Virus record (IMG/VR): IMGVR_UViG_3300009709_000001
Coordinates: 317,336 to 381,335 of that record
Length of the DNA stretch: 64,000 nt
From: a virus
Taxonomy: Duplodnaviria > Heunggongvirae > Uroviricota > Caudoviricetes
Strand: one strand, 5' to 3'
Shown: in pieces, positions 24,129-31,364 of the stretch
How the letters are laid out: each line of letters begins with the position of its first letter
Position numbering within the stretch: the first letter of the stretch is position 1
Notes under the pieces: model-generated
The model's input: the letters and a program-made list of their open reading frames with translations, nothing else
Database searches by the model: none
Told to the model about the DNA's origin: nothing
Translations under genes and position numbers: made by a program

Positions 24129-24881
24129 ATGCAAGAATTTAAACCAACATGGTTATACATAAAGAAACACAATATCACTGGTTTACAATATTTCGGTAAA
24201 ACAAATAGATATCATCCCGAGAAATATATAGGGTCTGGAAAATACTGGCTAGCGCATTTAAGGGTGCATGGAAAAGATATATCAACAACATGGTGTGAAC
24301 TATTCTTCGACCAGCAAACATTGGTAGAATATGCGCTTAAATTTTCAAAAGAAAATAATATAGCCGAATCAAGTGAATGGGCCAATCTTAAGTTTGAAAA
24401 CGGTCTTGATGGAGGTCACAGTGGCGTGGCAAGGAGCGATGAGACAAAGGAAAAATTATCTAAGAAAAATAGAGGAAAACGACATACAAAGGAAACCAAA
24501 AATAAAATTTCAGATTCCAATAAAGGTAAACATAACATGGTAAGACCTGCAGATGTCGGAGCCAAAATTTCGAAAGCACTGACCGGTAAAAAACGAGGTC
24601 CAATGCCAGATGAAACAAAAAGAAAAATTGGTGATGCAAATAAAGGAAAACCTTCATCAAAGAAGGGTATACCAATGCCAGATGAAACAAAAAGAAAAAT
24701 TGGTGATGCAAATAAAGGAAAACCTTCATCAAAGAAGGGTATACCTAGGTCAGCTATTGATAAAGATAAAATCAGAAAAGGCCAAGAAAATGTACCCGAA
24801 ATAACTTGCCCACACTGTCATATTTCAAATAAACCCGGATGTATGAAAAGATGGCACTTTGATAATTGTAAAAAGAAATAA
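24129..24881 (+). CDS. GIY-YIG-type (Seg-like) homing endonuclease (250 aa)
   Basis: WLYIKKHNITGLQYFGKTN; NUMOD3-like repeats (RSDETKEKLS, HTKETKNKIS, PMPDETKRKIG x2); C-terminal CPHC...KRWHFDNC zinc finger; AGGAGA RBS. Confidence 0.75.
   Translation: MQEFKPTWLYIKKHNITGLQYFGKTNRYHPEKYIGSGKYWLAHLRVHGKDISTTWCELFFDQQTLVEYALKFSKENNIAESSEWANLKFENGLDGGHSGVARSDETKEKLSKKNRGKRHTKETKNKISDSNKGKHNMVRPADVGAKISKALTGKKRGPMPDETKRKIGDANKGKPSSKKGIPMPDETKRKIGDANKGKPSSKKGIPRSAIDKDKIRKGQENVPEITCPHCHISNKPGCMKRWHFDNCKKK
24600..24744. repeat. perfect 72-bp tandem duplication (2 copies) inside the endonuclease gene
   Basis: caatgccagatgaaacaaaaagaaaaattggtgatgcaaataaaggaaaaccttcatcaaagaagggtatac at 24601-24672 and 24673-24744; duplicates 24 aa PMPDETKRKIGDANKGKPSSKKGI. 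Confidence 0.95.
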
Positions 24882-24903
24882 GGTGACTTAGTCACCTTAT
24901 TTA
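24879..24903. terminator. bidirectional hairpin terminator
   Basis: taaggtgac-tta-gtcacctta (9 bp); T-rich flank on the minus strand (tttcttttt), weaker (ttt) on the plus strand; lies between convergent genes. Confidence 0.65.
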
Positions 24904-24921
24904 GATTGACGTCAACTGGCT

Positions 24922-25545
24922 TTAGAAGAACAAGCCGCCGAATGCAATGCAGATAATCGTCAGGACGAGCATGACCCAGAAGCCAAGCCATTCGCCGTCG
25001 GTTTTGAGGTCGCCAAAGCTCTTCGGGATGCGAATCAGCTTCGTGCCCTTGAAGAATCCACCCAGGTACGAATATTCCACCTTCTCGTAACGGGCAGTGA
25101 ACAGGCGCTTGTAGATCACACGCACCATCGTCAGGCCCACCGTCAAGAAGATCACACCGTAGAGTGCCTTCATCAGCGCTGCACCAGCGACCTTCCAGAT
25201 GATGATCAGTGCGGTCAGCTTACCCGCGTCAGACTTGAGGAAGTCATTTATCGTGACATTCAGTTCCTTGGCTGCGATGCCCATGGCCTTGGCAAAGCCT
25301 TCGGCTGCGGCAGCGGCCTGTTGGCCCCAGGTTGCAGCGAGTGTCATTGTGGCACCCACATCCTTGGCGGGCGCAGCAGCATCGGCGACACCCTTGGCCT
25401 GTTGTGCGACGATCTGGGCAGCGTGTGCCTTCAGGTCTGCGATCTGGGCATCGGACAGACCCGATGTATCGATATTCGTGCTAGCCGCGAAAGAGGTTGC
25501 GGCGCACAGTGCGAGTGCCATACCGGCGATCATTTTGCGAAACAT
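24922..25545 (-). CDS. membrane protein with signal peptide (207 aa), GC-rich
   Basis: MFRKMIAGMALALCAATSFAAS; C-terminal TMs (LTALIIIWKVAGAALM, GVIFLTVGLTMV, LGFWVMLVLTIICIAFGGLFF); AAGGA RBS. Confidence 0.65.
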   Translation of the reverse strand: MFRKMIAGMALALCAATSFAASTNIDTSGLSDAQIADLKAHAAQIVAQQAKGVADAAAPAKDVGATMTLAATWGQQAAAAAEGFAKAMGIAAKELNVTINDFLKSDAGKLTALIIIWKVAGAALMKALYGVIFLTVGLTMVRVIYKRLFTARYEKVEYSYLGGFFKGTKLIRIPKSFGDLKTDGEWLGFWVMLVLTIICIAFGGLFF

Positions 25546-25583
25546 GGTTTTCCTTTCAGAACAAAGTTTTAACTGACAAATGC

Positions 25584-25613
25584 ATTATAGGGCCACCAGG
25601 GCCCTATAGTCAA
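25584..25613 (-). promoter_or_regulatory. sigma70-type promoter TTGACT-18-TATAAT whose spacer is a 9-bp hairpin
   Basis: Minus strand cagTTGACTatagggccctggtggcccTATAATgcatttg; tatagggcc/ggccctata stem spans the spacer and -10. Confidence 0.65.
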
Positions 25614-25641
25614 CTGAGTTTTACGTCAATTGGAACTGGTT

Positions 25642-26820
25642 TTACCAGTCGCTGCTGCCGGAATCGCTGCTGGAGCTGCTGCCGGAGTCGGACGAACCCC
25701 AGCTGCTGCCGCTGTCGCTGCTCGAACTGGACCAGCTGCTGGAACGGCTGCTGCTGTCGTCATCGTCACGGCTGGACGAATAGCTCGGAGCAGGGGCCGG
25801 CGCGTAGTACGGTGCAGGGGCGGGAGCCGGTTCCGGGGCAGAGCTGGAGCTGAACTCGGAAGTACCACCCCACTCGGCGTCGTCCTTGGCCGAGCTGCTG
25901 AAGGTCGGTGCAGGTGCCGTGATCACGGGCGGGGTGTACGTCGAAGCACTCGAACTGTAGTCACTGGTGCCCGAGGATTCCTCGCGGCGTCGACGAGTCA
26001 CAGTGTCATCATCATGACGATGACGGAGCGCATCGCTGATCATGTTGCCAGCAACCACACCACCTGCCACTGCCACACCCGTTTCCAGAGCCGACGGACC
26101 GGTATGGACCACGGTCGGAGGAACATAGGTGGGTGCCGGAGGAGCCGTATAGGTGCGCGACGGACGGGACCATGCAGCCGGGCTCGGTGCCGGAGGCGTC
26201 GAATAGGTGCTGCGAGTGGTACCCATACCGCTACTGGCCGTGGTCACAGAGGAGGGAGCCGAGGTAGCGGTTGCAGTCACAGGACTGGAGAAGTCGACGC
26301 CACCGTCTTCAGACTTGGTCCGGCGATACCAGTAGTAGCCCAGGCCACCCAGCGTGAACAGGAACAGCAGAACCAGGAACTTGGAACCGAACGAGCTGCC
26401 TTCATCGGCCGGCTTCGTTACCGCCACGGGTTGTGCCTGCACTTGAGGTGCAGCTTGGACGACCACGGGAGGAGGGGGCGGCACATAGGCCTGGACCACC
26501 GGCTGACGGGCGCCGGCGATGTCGCGTTCCATCTTGGCGAACAGGCGCGAACCGAGCACGTCACCCTTGTGATCGTATGCGCGGACGGCGTCCAGTTCAC
26601 GCTGGGCGAGATTGGGGTCTCGTTCCAGACACATGATCGTTGCCGCATTCAGCAGGTGAGCGCGAGCGCTATCCGGGCGCGACACCAGGATCTCATTCAC
26701 GTAATTGCGCGCTTGGGCGCAGTTGCCGTTTTCCAGGGCGGATTCGACCTGCTTCGGACTGGGGAGGGCCATTGCGGTCGCAGACAGCAAGGCAAGGGAA
26801 AGGGACAGAATACGCTTCAT
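25642..26820 (-). CDS. signal peptide + helical-repeat (TPR-like) domain + TM + Ser/Pro/Thr-rich tail (392 aa), GC-rich
   Basis: MKRILSLSLALLSATAMA; TM FLVLLFLFTLGGLGYYWY; tail ends SSSSDSGSSDW; AAGGAG 6 nt before ATG. Confidence 0.65.
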   Translation of the reverse strand: MKRILSLSLALLSATAMALPSPKQVESALENGNCAQARNYVNEILVSRPDSARAHLLNAATIMCLERDPNLAQRELDAVRAYDHKGDVLGSRLFAKMERDIAGARQPVVQAYVPPPPPVVVQAAPQVQAQPVAVTKPADEGSSFGSKFLVLLFLFTLGGLGYYWYRRTKSEDGGVDFSSPVTATATSAPSSVTTASSGMGTTRSTYSTPPAPSPAAWSRPSRTYTAPPAPTYVPPTVVHTGPSALETGVAVAGGVVAGNMISDALRHRHDDDTVTRRRREESSGTSDYSSSASTYTPPVITAPAPTFSSSAKDDAEWGGTSEFSSSSAPEPAPAPAPYYAPAPAPSYSSSRDDDDSSSRSSSWSSSSSDSGSSWGSSDSGSSSSSDSGSSDW

Positions 26821-26838
26821 GTGTAGCTCCTTGGGGGT

Positions 26839-26865
26839 GAAAACTGGGGCCCCGAAGGGCCCCAG
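26839..26865 (-). terminator. rho-independent terminator
   Basis: Minus strand ctggggccc-ttcg-gggccccag followed by ttttc, 3 nt after the stop of 26869..27966. Confidence 0.8.
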
Positions 26866-26868
26866 GGG

Positions 26869-27966
26869 TCAGATTGCAGCCATCCAGTCGTAGTTGGCGC
26901 GGCCGTACACCTCACGGGTGAACACCACGACCGTCTGCGCCGGCGTACCTTCGTCGACCACGTAAGTGAACGTACCCGCTTCCGGTTCGATGCGCTTCAG
27001 GTGCTTCGGATTCAGCTCCAGGGTGAAGCTGTCGTCCTTGTCTTCCGGGCAGCCGGCCGACTCGCCAACGCTGATGTTCAGCTCTTCGCTGGCCACCGGG
27101 CTTCCGCGCCACGTGTCGGGGTAGATGCGGTTGGTGTCGATCGCCTTGCCTTCGCGGATGATGCTGACCTTGTGGCGCATGCTGCTGTCGGCGAACGGTT
27201 TCGCGTTGAGCAGTTCCAGCACTTGGTGCGGCGTCTCGTTGTAGCGGTTCATGTCTTCGACCAGCGCCTTCAGCATGTCGAAGTTGAAGCTTTCGTACAG
27301 CATGGCCAGACGGCAGATCGTCGGGATGTGCGTCTTGTCGTTGAGGCGATCGTTGCAGTATTCTTCGATGAACGCTGCGTCGATGCCCTTGTACTCCAGG
27401 CAGTAGAAGACACGACCCGGCCGATTGCGCATGTGGCTGTTGACGCGGTACTTGTCGTTGCAGGTCAGGATGAACAGCTTCTTGCTCGGGAACACGCCGT
27501 CGAGCAGGGTCAGGATAGCTTCCTGTTCCTTTTCGCCGAACACCTTCTCGAACTCGTCGAACACGACCACGCACGGCTGGTTGATGTTCTGAATGAAGGC
27601 GTTGAAGCCGTCACCGCAGAAGTCGCTGTTGATGACCAGGACGGGCATGTTGTGCGCTTCAACCGCGTTCTTGGCGATGAGCTTGGCCAACATCGTCTTG
27701 CCCGAACCCTTTTCGCCGGTCAGCAGCACACCAGTGCTGTTCGGGCGATCGAGGAAGGTGCTCATGATGCGATCAGCACGGCCGTGGATGTTGCCGTAGA
27801 TCTTGCCGTCGATGTTGAAGTTGTTGATGGGCTTCAAGAAGAAGCCTCGGCCCGGCATTGCACCGACCGTGTACGTGCCCGGGGGCAGCGTCTCGTGCAT
27901 GTCGAGCGCCGCTTTCGGGGTGGGGAAAAACAAGCCGCCTTCGCGGGAGAAAATGGTGCTACTCAT
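26869..27966 (-). CDS. AAA+ ATPase (365 aa), GC-rich
   Basis: Walker A LLTGEKGSGKT, Walker B VVVFDEFEK. Confidence 0.8.
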   Translation of the reverse strand: MSSTIFSREGGLFFPTPKAALDMHETLPPGTYTVGAMPGRGFFLKPINNFNIDGKIYGNIHGRADRIMSTFLDRPNSTGVLLTGEKGSGKTMLAKLIAKNAVEAHNMPVLVINSDFCGDGFNAFIQNINQPCVVVFDEFEKVFGEKEQEAILTLLDGVFPSKKLFILTCNDKYRVNSHMRNRPGRVFYCLEYKGIDAAFIEEYCNDRLNDKTHIPTICRLAMLYESFNFDMLKALVEDMNRYNETPHQVLELLNAKPFADSSMRHKVSIIREGKAIDTNRIYPDTWRGSPVASEELNISVGESAGCPEDKDDSFTLELNPKHLKRIEPEAGTFTYVVDEGTPAQTVVVFTREVYGRANYDWMAAI

Positions 27967-28021
27967 CGCTTCTTTCTTGGTTGCGGGATAAATCCCTGGT
28001 TAAATTTGTTTAACAGTCTCT

Positions 28022-28050
28022 ATTTTATGCAGACGCGTGCGGTGACGCAA
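28022..28050 (-). promoter_or_regulatory. sigma70-type promoter TTGCGT-17-TAAAAT
   Basis: Minus strand cagTTGCGTcaccgcacgcgtctgcaTAAAATagag. Confidence 0.55.
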
Positions 28051-28056
28051 CTGATT

Positions 28057-28287
28057 TTATAGGTTGTAGTTTCTGATCCAGGAAGCCGTTTCTTCGTTGT
28101 CGGTATACAACATAATTTTCGAATGCGGATCGTAACCCTGCTTTTCGATAATATATGTTTTCGAATCAACGGAATCCTTCAGAGAGCGGAAGAAATCCGC
28201 CATTTCCAAAAGATTCTCCATATTGATCTGGCCAAAGTTGAAACCAAACTTGGCCTTCCGTGCTTTCACTTCAACAAAGACACTCAT
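28057..28287 (-). CDS. hypothetical protein (76 aa)
   Basis: ORF track; YTDNEETASWIRNYNL is a weak EEDA-helix match. Confidence 0.5.
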   Translation of the reverse strand: MSVFVEVKARKAKFGFNFGQINMENLLEMADFFRSLKDSVDSKTYIIEKQGYDPHSKIMLYTDNEETASWIRNYNL

Positions 28288-28364
28288 AGCGTACCCACCA
28301 CAGTTTCATCTTTTAATTTCCAAATGCCATCGCCAATTATTGGTCCAAAAAGATAAATAAACAT

Positions 28365-29192
28365 ATGAATACTCCATTTCTAAATAACAAATATACTGCC
28401 CGATATTATAAAATTATTAATACCGTTTTAGAATTAAATCGAAAGAAATTAAAAAGAAATAACCCTGATTACAGGTATTATGAATTGCATCATATTATTC
28501 CCAAATCATTAGGTGGTGACAATTCTTCTGCAAATCTTATACCTTTGACACCAAGGGAACATTATATATGCCACCTTTTACTCACCCGAATGACTGAAGG
28601 TAAAAATAGATATAAGATGCTCTGTGCATTCAACAGAATAACAAATAGAGGCCAGGCAGAAATTAAAAATTCTAGATTATATAATTCTATTCGAGAAGAC
28701 TTTTCGAAATCGCAGGCCGAAAATTATAAAGGTGATAAAAATCATTTTTATGGAAAGACTCACACAAAAGAAATCAGAGATTATTTAGCTGAGGTATGTC
28801 CACGATTCGGTAAAGATAATGGCAATTTTGGTAAATCATTATCTCAATCACAAAAAGATGCAATTTCGAAAAGTAATAAATCCAGAAAAATTATACCTCC
28901 ACCTCCGCAACTCGGTTCAAAAAATCATTTTTCTAAGATTTATAAAATAATCGACCCAACCGGTAATAAATTTACAATAAAATGCATGAGTGAATTTTGT
29001 GAAAGAAACAATCTTTGTAGTCGAACAATGATTTTATTTAAGGACAAAGGAAAAATTCCTGAATTGCAATTCGAACGAGAATATCGTGTAAAGAATCTCC
29101 AAGCAAAGAAGAACTGTGAAGGTTATTCTATTATTTCAATGACCTCGCCCCTTGGTCCTTTTCCATCAATCGACCATACAGTTACCGGATAA
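28365..29192 (+). CDS. HNH homing endonuclease (275 aa)
   Basis: LHHIIPKSLGGDNSSANLIPLTPREHYICHLLL; a 70-nt sample at the 5' end is 23% G+C by hand count; 3' end overlaps the macro-domain gene by 70 nt (convergent). Confidence 0.8.
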   Translation: MNTPFLNNKYTARYYKIINTVLELNRKKLKRNNPDYRYYELHHIIPKSLGGDNSSANLIPLTPREHYICHLLLTRMTEGKNRYKMLCAFNRITNRGQAEIKNSRLYNSIREDFSKSQAENYKGDKNHFYGKTHTKEIRDYLAEVCPRFGKDNGNFGKSLSQSQKDAISKSNKSRKIIPPPPQLGSKNHFSKIYKIIDPTGNKFTIKCMSEFCERNNLCSRTMILFKDKGKIPELQFEREYRVKNLQAKKNCEGYSIISMTSPLGPFPSIDHTVTG

Positions 29193-29626
29193 GTAACTGT
29201 TTCTTCAATAATGCTCTTAATTATATTCCACGAACCTCCGCCGAGGCCAGCACCAATAAACGGAATATGAATTTCCTTGGGTTGAAGATCTGCCATGCTT
29301 TCGAAGCCAGCATTTAGGTAATCCTCAACTTGTTGAAAACAAGTCTGAACTGCGTCATAACTTGTATGACGACCTGGACCACCAAACCCGTCTTGTGTCA
29401 CGGCATTCCAAATCTTGAGATTGATCGTTGCCAGAGATGGATATGCATTACCGAGTTTAAGCTTACCGGCTTCATATAGCTCACGGTAATCAAGATACAC
29501 ACTCGGATAAAGATTCTTGACTCCGAGCGCAACACCCGAACCCATCACACCTTGTGCGTTACAACCATGGACAATATGTCCGGCTGTGACATTGAACAAA
29601 TTACCGGTTTTGACTTGGATCTTCAT
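29123..29626 (-). CDS. macro-domain protein (ADP-ribose binding/hydrolase type, 167 aa)
   Basis: GHIVHGCNAQGVMGSGVALGVK and FIGAGLGGG. Confidence 0.8.
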   Translation of the reverse strand: MKIQVKTGNLFNVTAGHIVHGCNAQGVMGSGVALGVKNLYPSVYLDYRELYEAGKLKLGNAYPSLATINLKIWNAVTQDGFGGPGRHTSYDAVQTCFQQVEDYLNAGFESMADLQPKEIHIPFIGAGLGGGSWNIIKSIIEETVTYPVTVWSIDGKGPRGEVIEIIE

Positions 29627-29636
29627 TTCTTACCTT

Positions 29637-30092
29637 TCAGTATTCGGCAGGACCTTCTTCGATCTCGGGACGAACAATTTCGACACGAGCGCAATACTTC
29701 TCTTTCCACGACTTGTAAGCTTCCTTGACAAAGCCGTCCGGATCATTGCGATGTGCTTCCTTATATTCTTGGCGTTTCTCACTAAACCAAGACATTAGCG
29801 CTACGAAGCCTATTGCAAGGCCAAGGACAGCGATGACACCCATGGCGAGCTGGGCAACCTCGCTGAAGATGAACATGCCATACCAGAGGCTGAAACCGAT
29901 GCCAACAAGTATTTGCGACACGACAAAAGATGCAAGAGTTACACCGAGCAGAATAAGCCCGATTGTCAACAATGAAAACAGGAAGTATCTTGTGTAGGAA
30001 CAAATATCCACAAGGTCACGATCGCGTGCCGGTGTATATTTGTAAATCATCTTGTAATGCCAGCTATCGGGGCTAAACTTGAGAGTTTTCAT
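29637..30092 (-). CDS. multi-pass membrane protein (151 aa)
   Basis: Trimmed to MKTLKFSPDSW (ATG 30092 overlaps upstream stop, TAATG); several hydrophobic helices. Confidence 0.55.
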   Translation of the reverse strand: MKTLKFSPDSWHYKMIYKYTPARDRDLVDICSYTRYFLFSLLTIGLILLGVTLASFVVSQILVGIGFSLWYGMFIFSEVAQLAMGVIAVLGLAIGFVALMSWFSEKRQEYKEAHRNDPDGFVKEAYKSWKEKYCARVEIVRPEIEEGPAEY

Positions 30093-30544
30093 TATTCGAT
30101 CCTTTGGTTGAGTGTTTTGGTTACATCTTCGATCAGAATGTCCTCGGGGATCCATTCGACCTTGTGACTTTCGTACACACGGGTATAGAACTCGCTGCTG
30201 CCGAACAGATCGTGCACAAATTCATGAGCACAATCACCGAAGTCTTCGGTGTCGAGATATTCGGCAATGTTCTCATCGGGCATTGCTTCCGGAGGATGCC
30301 TCTTGAATAGTGTGCGCATTGCAGCAACGTAGGTCTTTTGCTCCCTGTCATTAGGCTCATACATATTACCGAAACCAGCCGGCCAGTTGTTCTTCGATTT
30401 GTGTAGAAGGGCAAGTTCGACCAACAACTTGACTTGAGGAAGAGTAAGACCTTCGGTAATGGTTGTGTTGTAACTATCACCGTCATTTTCCCATGACGTG
30501 ACAGTCAATCGGTAACCCTTAGGGATTCGTGTTTGGACGCTCAT
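30092..30544 (-). CDS. hypothetical protein (150 aa)
   Basis: ORF track; 4-nt overlap upstream. Confidence 0.55.
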   Translation of the reverse strand: MSVQTRIPKGYRLTVTSWENDGDSYNTTITEGLTLPQVKLLVELALLHKSKNNWPAGFGNMYEPNDREQKTYVAAMRTLFKRHPPEAMPDENIAEYLDTEDFGDCAHEFVHDLFGSSEFYTRVYESHKVEWIPEDILIEDVTKTLNQRIE

Positions 30545-30759
30545 TTCTTACCTTTCAGTTTTTCTACTACCTTTTCCATATCGTATAATGCCTTGCATTC
30601 AGGTGGCATACCGATACTTCCTACGACTGCCATACAAGTGGTGCAGCGATAACTGATTCCACTTGAGATATCGAATTCTGCAATACTTCCACAGAGCAAC
30701 TCGATGTCAGGCTCATTACTCGGTTCTATATAAGACCAATCAGGATTTGATTTCCACAT
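30541..30759 (-). CDS. small Cys-rich protein (72 aa)
   Basis: ORF track; CGS...CTTC...PEC. Confidence 0.5.
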   Translation of the reverse strand: MWKSNPDWSYIEPSNEPDIELLCGSIAEFDISSGISYRCTTCMAVVGSIGMPPECKALYDMEKVVEKLKGKK

Positions 30760-30762
30760 CTT

Positions 30763-31035
30763 TTATAAATTCTTTCCGGAGAGTTTCGCAATTATTTGTT
30801 CTTCTTCAATAAATTTCTTCGCTTCGGTTATGAACGTAAGTAGCTCATTCGGACTTACCTTAGTGCTTAGGCTGAAATTACCCTGAGACATAATCAGTTC
30901 GCCATTGCTCTTGATTGCTATTCTAACATCCTTACTGGCATAACCAGTACTTGCATCACACTGTTGGACTTCAATGCCGATTCGATCGGATTGACCTTCC
31001 ATCTCATTAACCGTTAAATACCGTACAGTTGTCAT
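30763..31035 (-). CDS. hypothetical protein (90 aa)
   Basis: ORF track. Confidence 0.55.
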   Translation of the reverse strand: MTTVRYLTVNEMEGQSDRIGIEVQQCDASTGYASKDVRIAIKSNGELIMSQGNFSLSTKVSPNELLTFITEAKKFIEEEQIIAKLSGKNL

Positions 31036-31112
31036 TGTGTTTGTGTGCGTGTGGCGTTGCGTATTGTGCGTTGGAATTTAACGTTAAAACCGTGCAATTT
31101 AGCGTGGCTGCT

Positions 31113-31307
31113 TTAGATTCTGCCCTGTAGCTTTAAAAAGGTATAGCGCTCTTGCAAAGCTTCGTTAAACTCTTCGAGTGTCCAACCCCTCATTTCGCAA
31201 ATCTTGGTTAGTACTGCCGCATCTGTTATCGACGTGTTCATTCGATAAATTGCAAGTTCATTTCGCAATACATCAAAATCACACTTTACAATAGGTGAAT
31301 GGTCCAT
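31113..31307 (-). CDS. hypothetical protein (64 aa)
   Basis: ORF track. Confidence 0.5.
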   Translation of the reverse strand: MDHSPIVKCDFDVLRNELAIYRMNTSITDAAVLTKICEMRGWTLEEFNEALQERYTFLKLQGRI

Positions 31308-31334
31308 GCAACATTATTGCACGGACCATCGAAA

Positions 31335-31359
31335 ACTACAACAGGGCCAAGGGCCCTGT
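31335..31359 (-). terminator. rho-independent terminator of the SPFH operon
   Basis: Minus strand acagggcc-ctt-ggccctgt followed by tgtagttttc, 5 nt after the stop at 31365. Confidence 0.7.
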
Positions 31360-31364
31360 GTTTC

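Noticed and set aside
24600-24744. 72-bp direct repeat considered as a CRISPR or iteron array
   Set aside because: There are only two contiguous, spacer-less copies, in frame inside a coding sequence. It is a tandem duplication of a protein module.
24905-24914. Perfect 10-bp palindrome TTGACGTCAA just downstream of the stop of the 207-aa membrane-protein gene (24922..25545)
   Set aside because: It is a single occurrence with no partner sites or obvious regulatory geometry. It could easily arise by chance.
25642-25800. Repetitive gctgct/gccgga-type sequence considered as a tandem-repeat locus
   Set aside because: It is imperfect codon-level low complexity encoding the Ser/Gly/Asp-rich C-terminal tail of the 392-aa protein. 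It has no fixed period.
25630-26826. 398-aa plus-strand ORF mirroring 25642..26820
   Set aside because: The minus frame has a signal peptide, a TM segment and AAGGAG 6 nt before its ATG, and it fits the surrounding terminator/promoter orientation. The plus frame is Arg/Gly-rich noise.
27001-28062. 353-aa plus-strand ORF, and the 220-aa minus-strand ORF 26912..27574, overlapping the AAA+ gene
   Set aside because: They are shadow or off-frame ORFs in a gene of about 64% G+C. They have no motifs and are Arg/Gly/Pro-rich, while frame 26869..27966 carries the ATPase motifs.
31036-31112. CA-rich 77-bp gap (cacacgcacacaaacaca) upstream of 30763..31035, examined for a promoter or repeat element
   Set aside because: No acceptable -35/-10 pair and no repeat period were found. 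It is probably just an untranslated leader.
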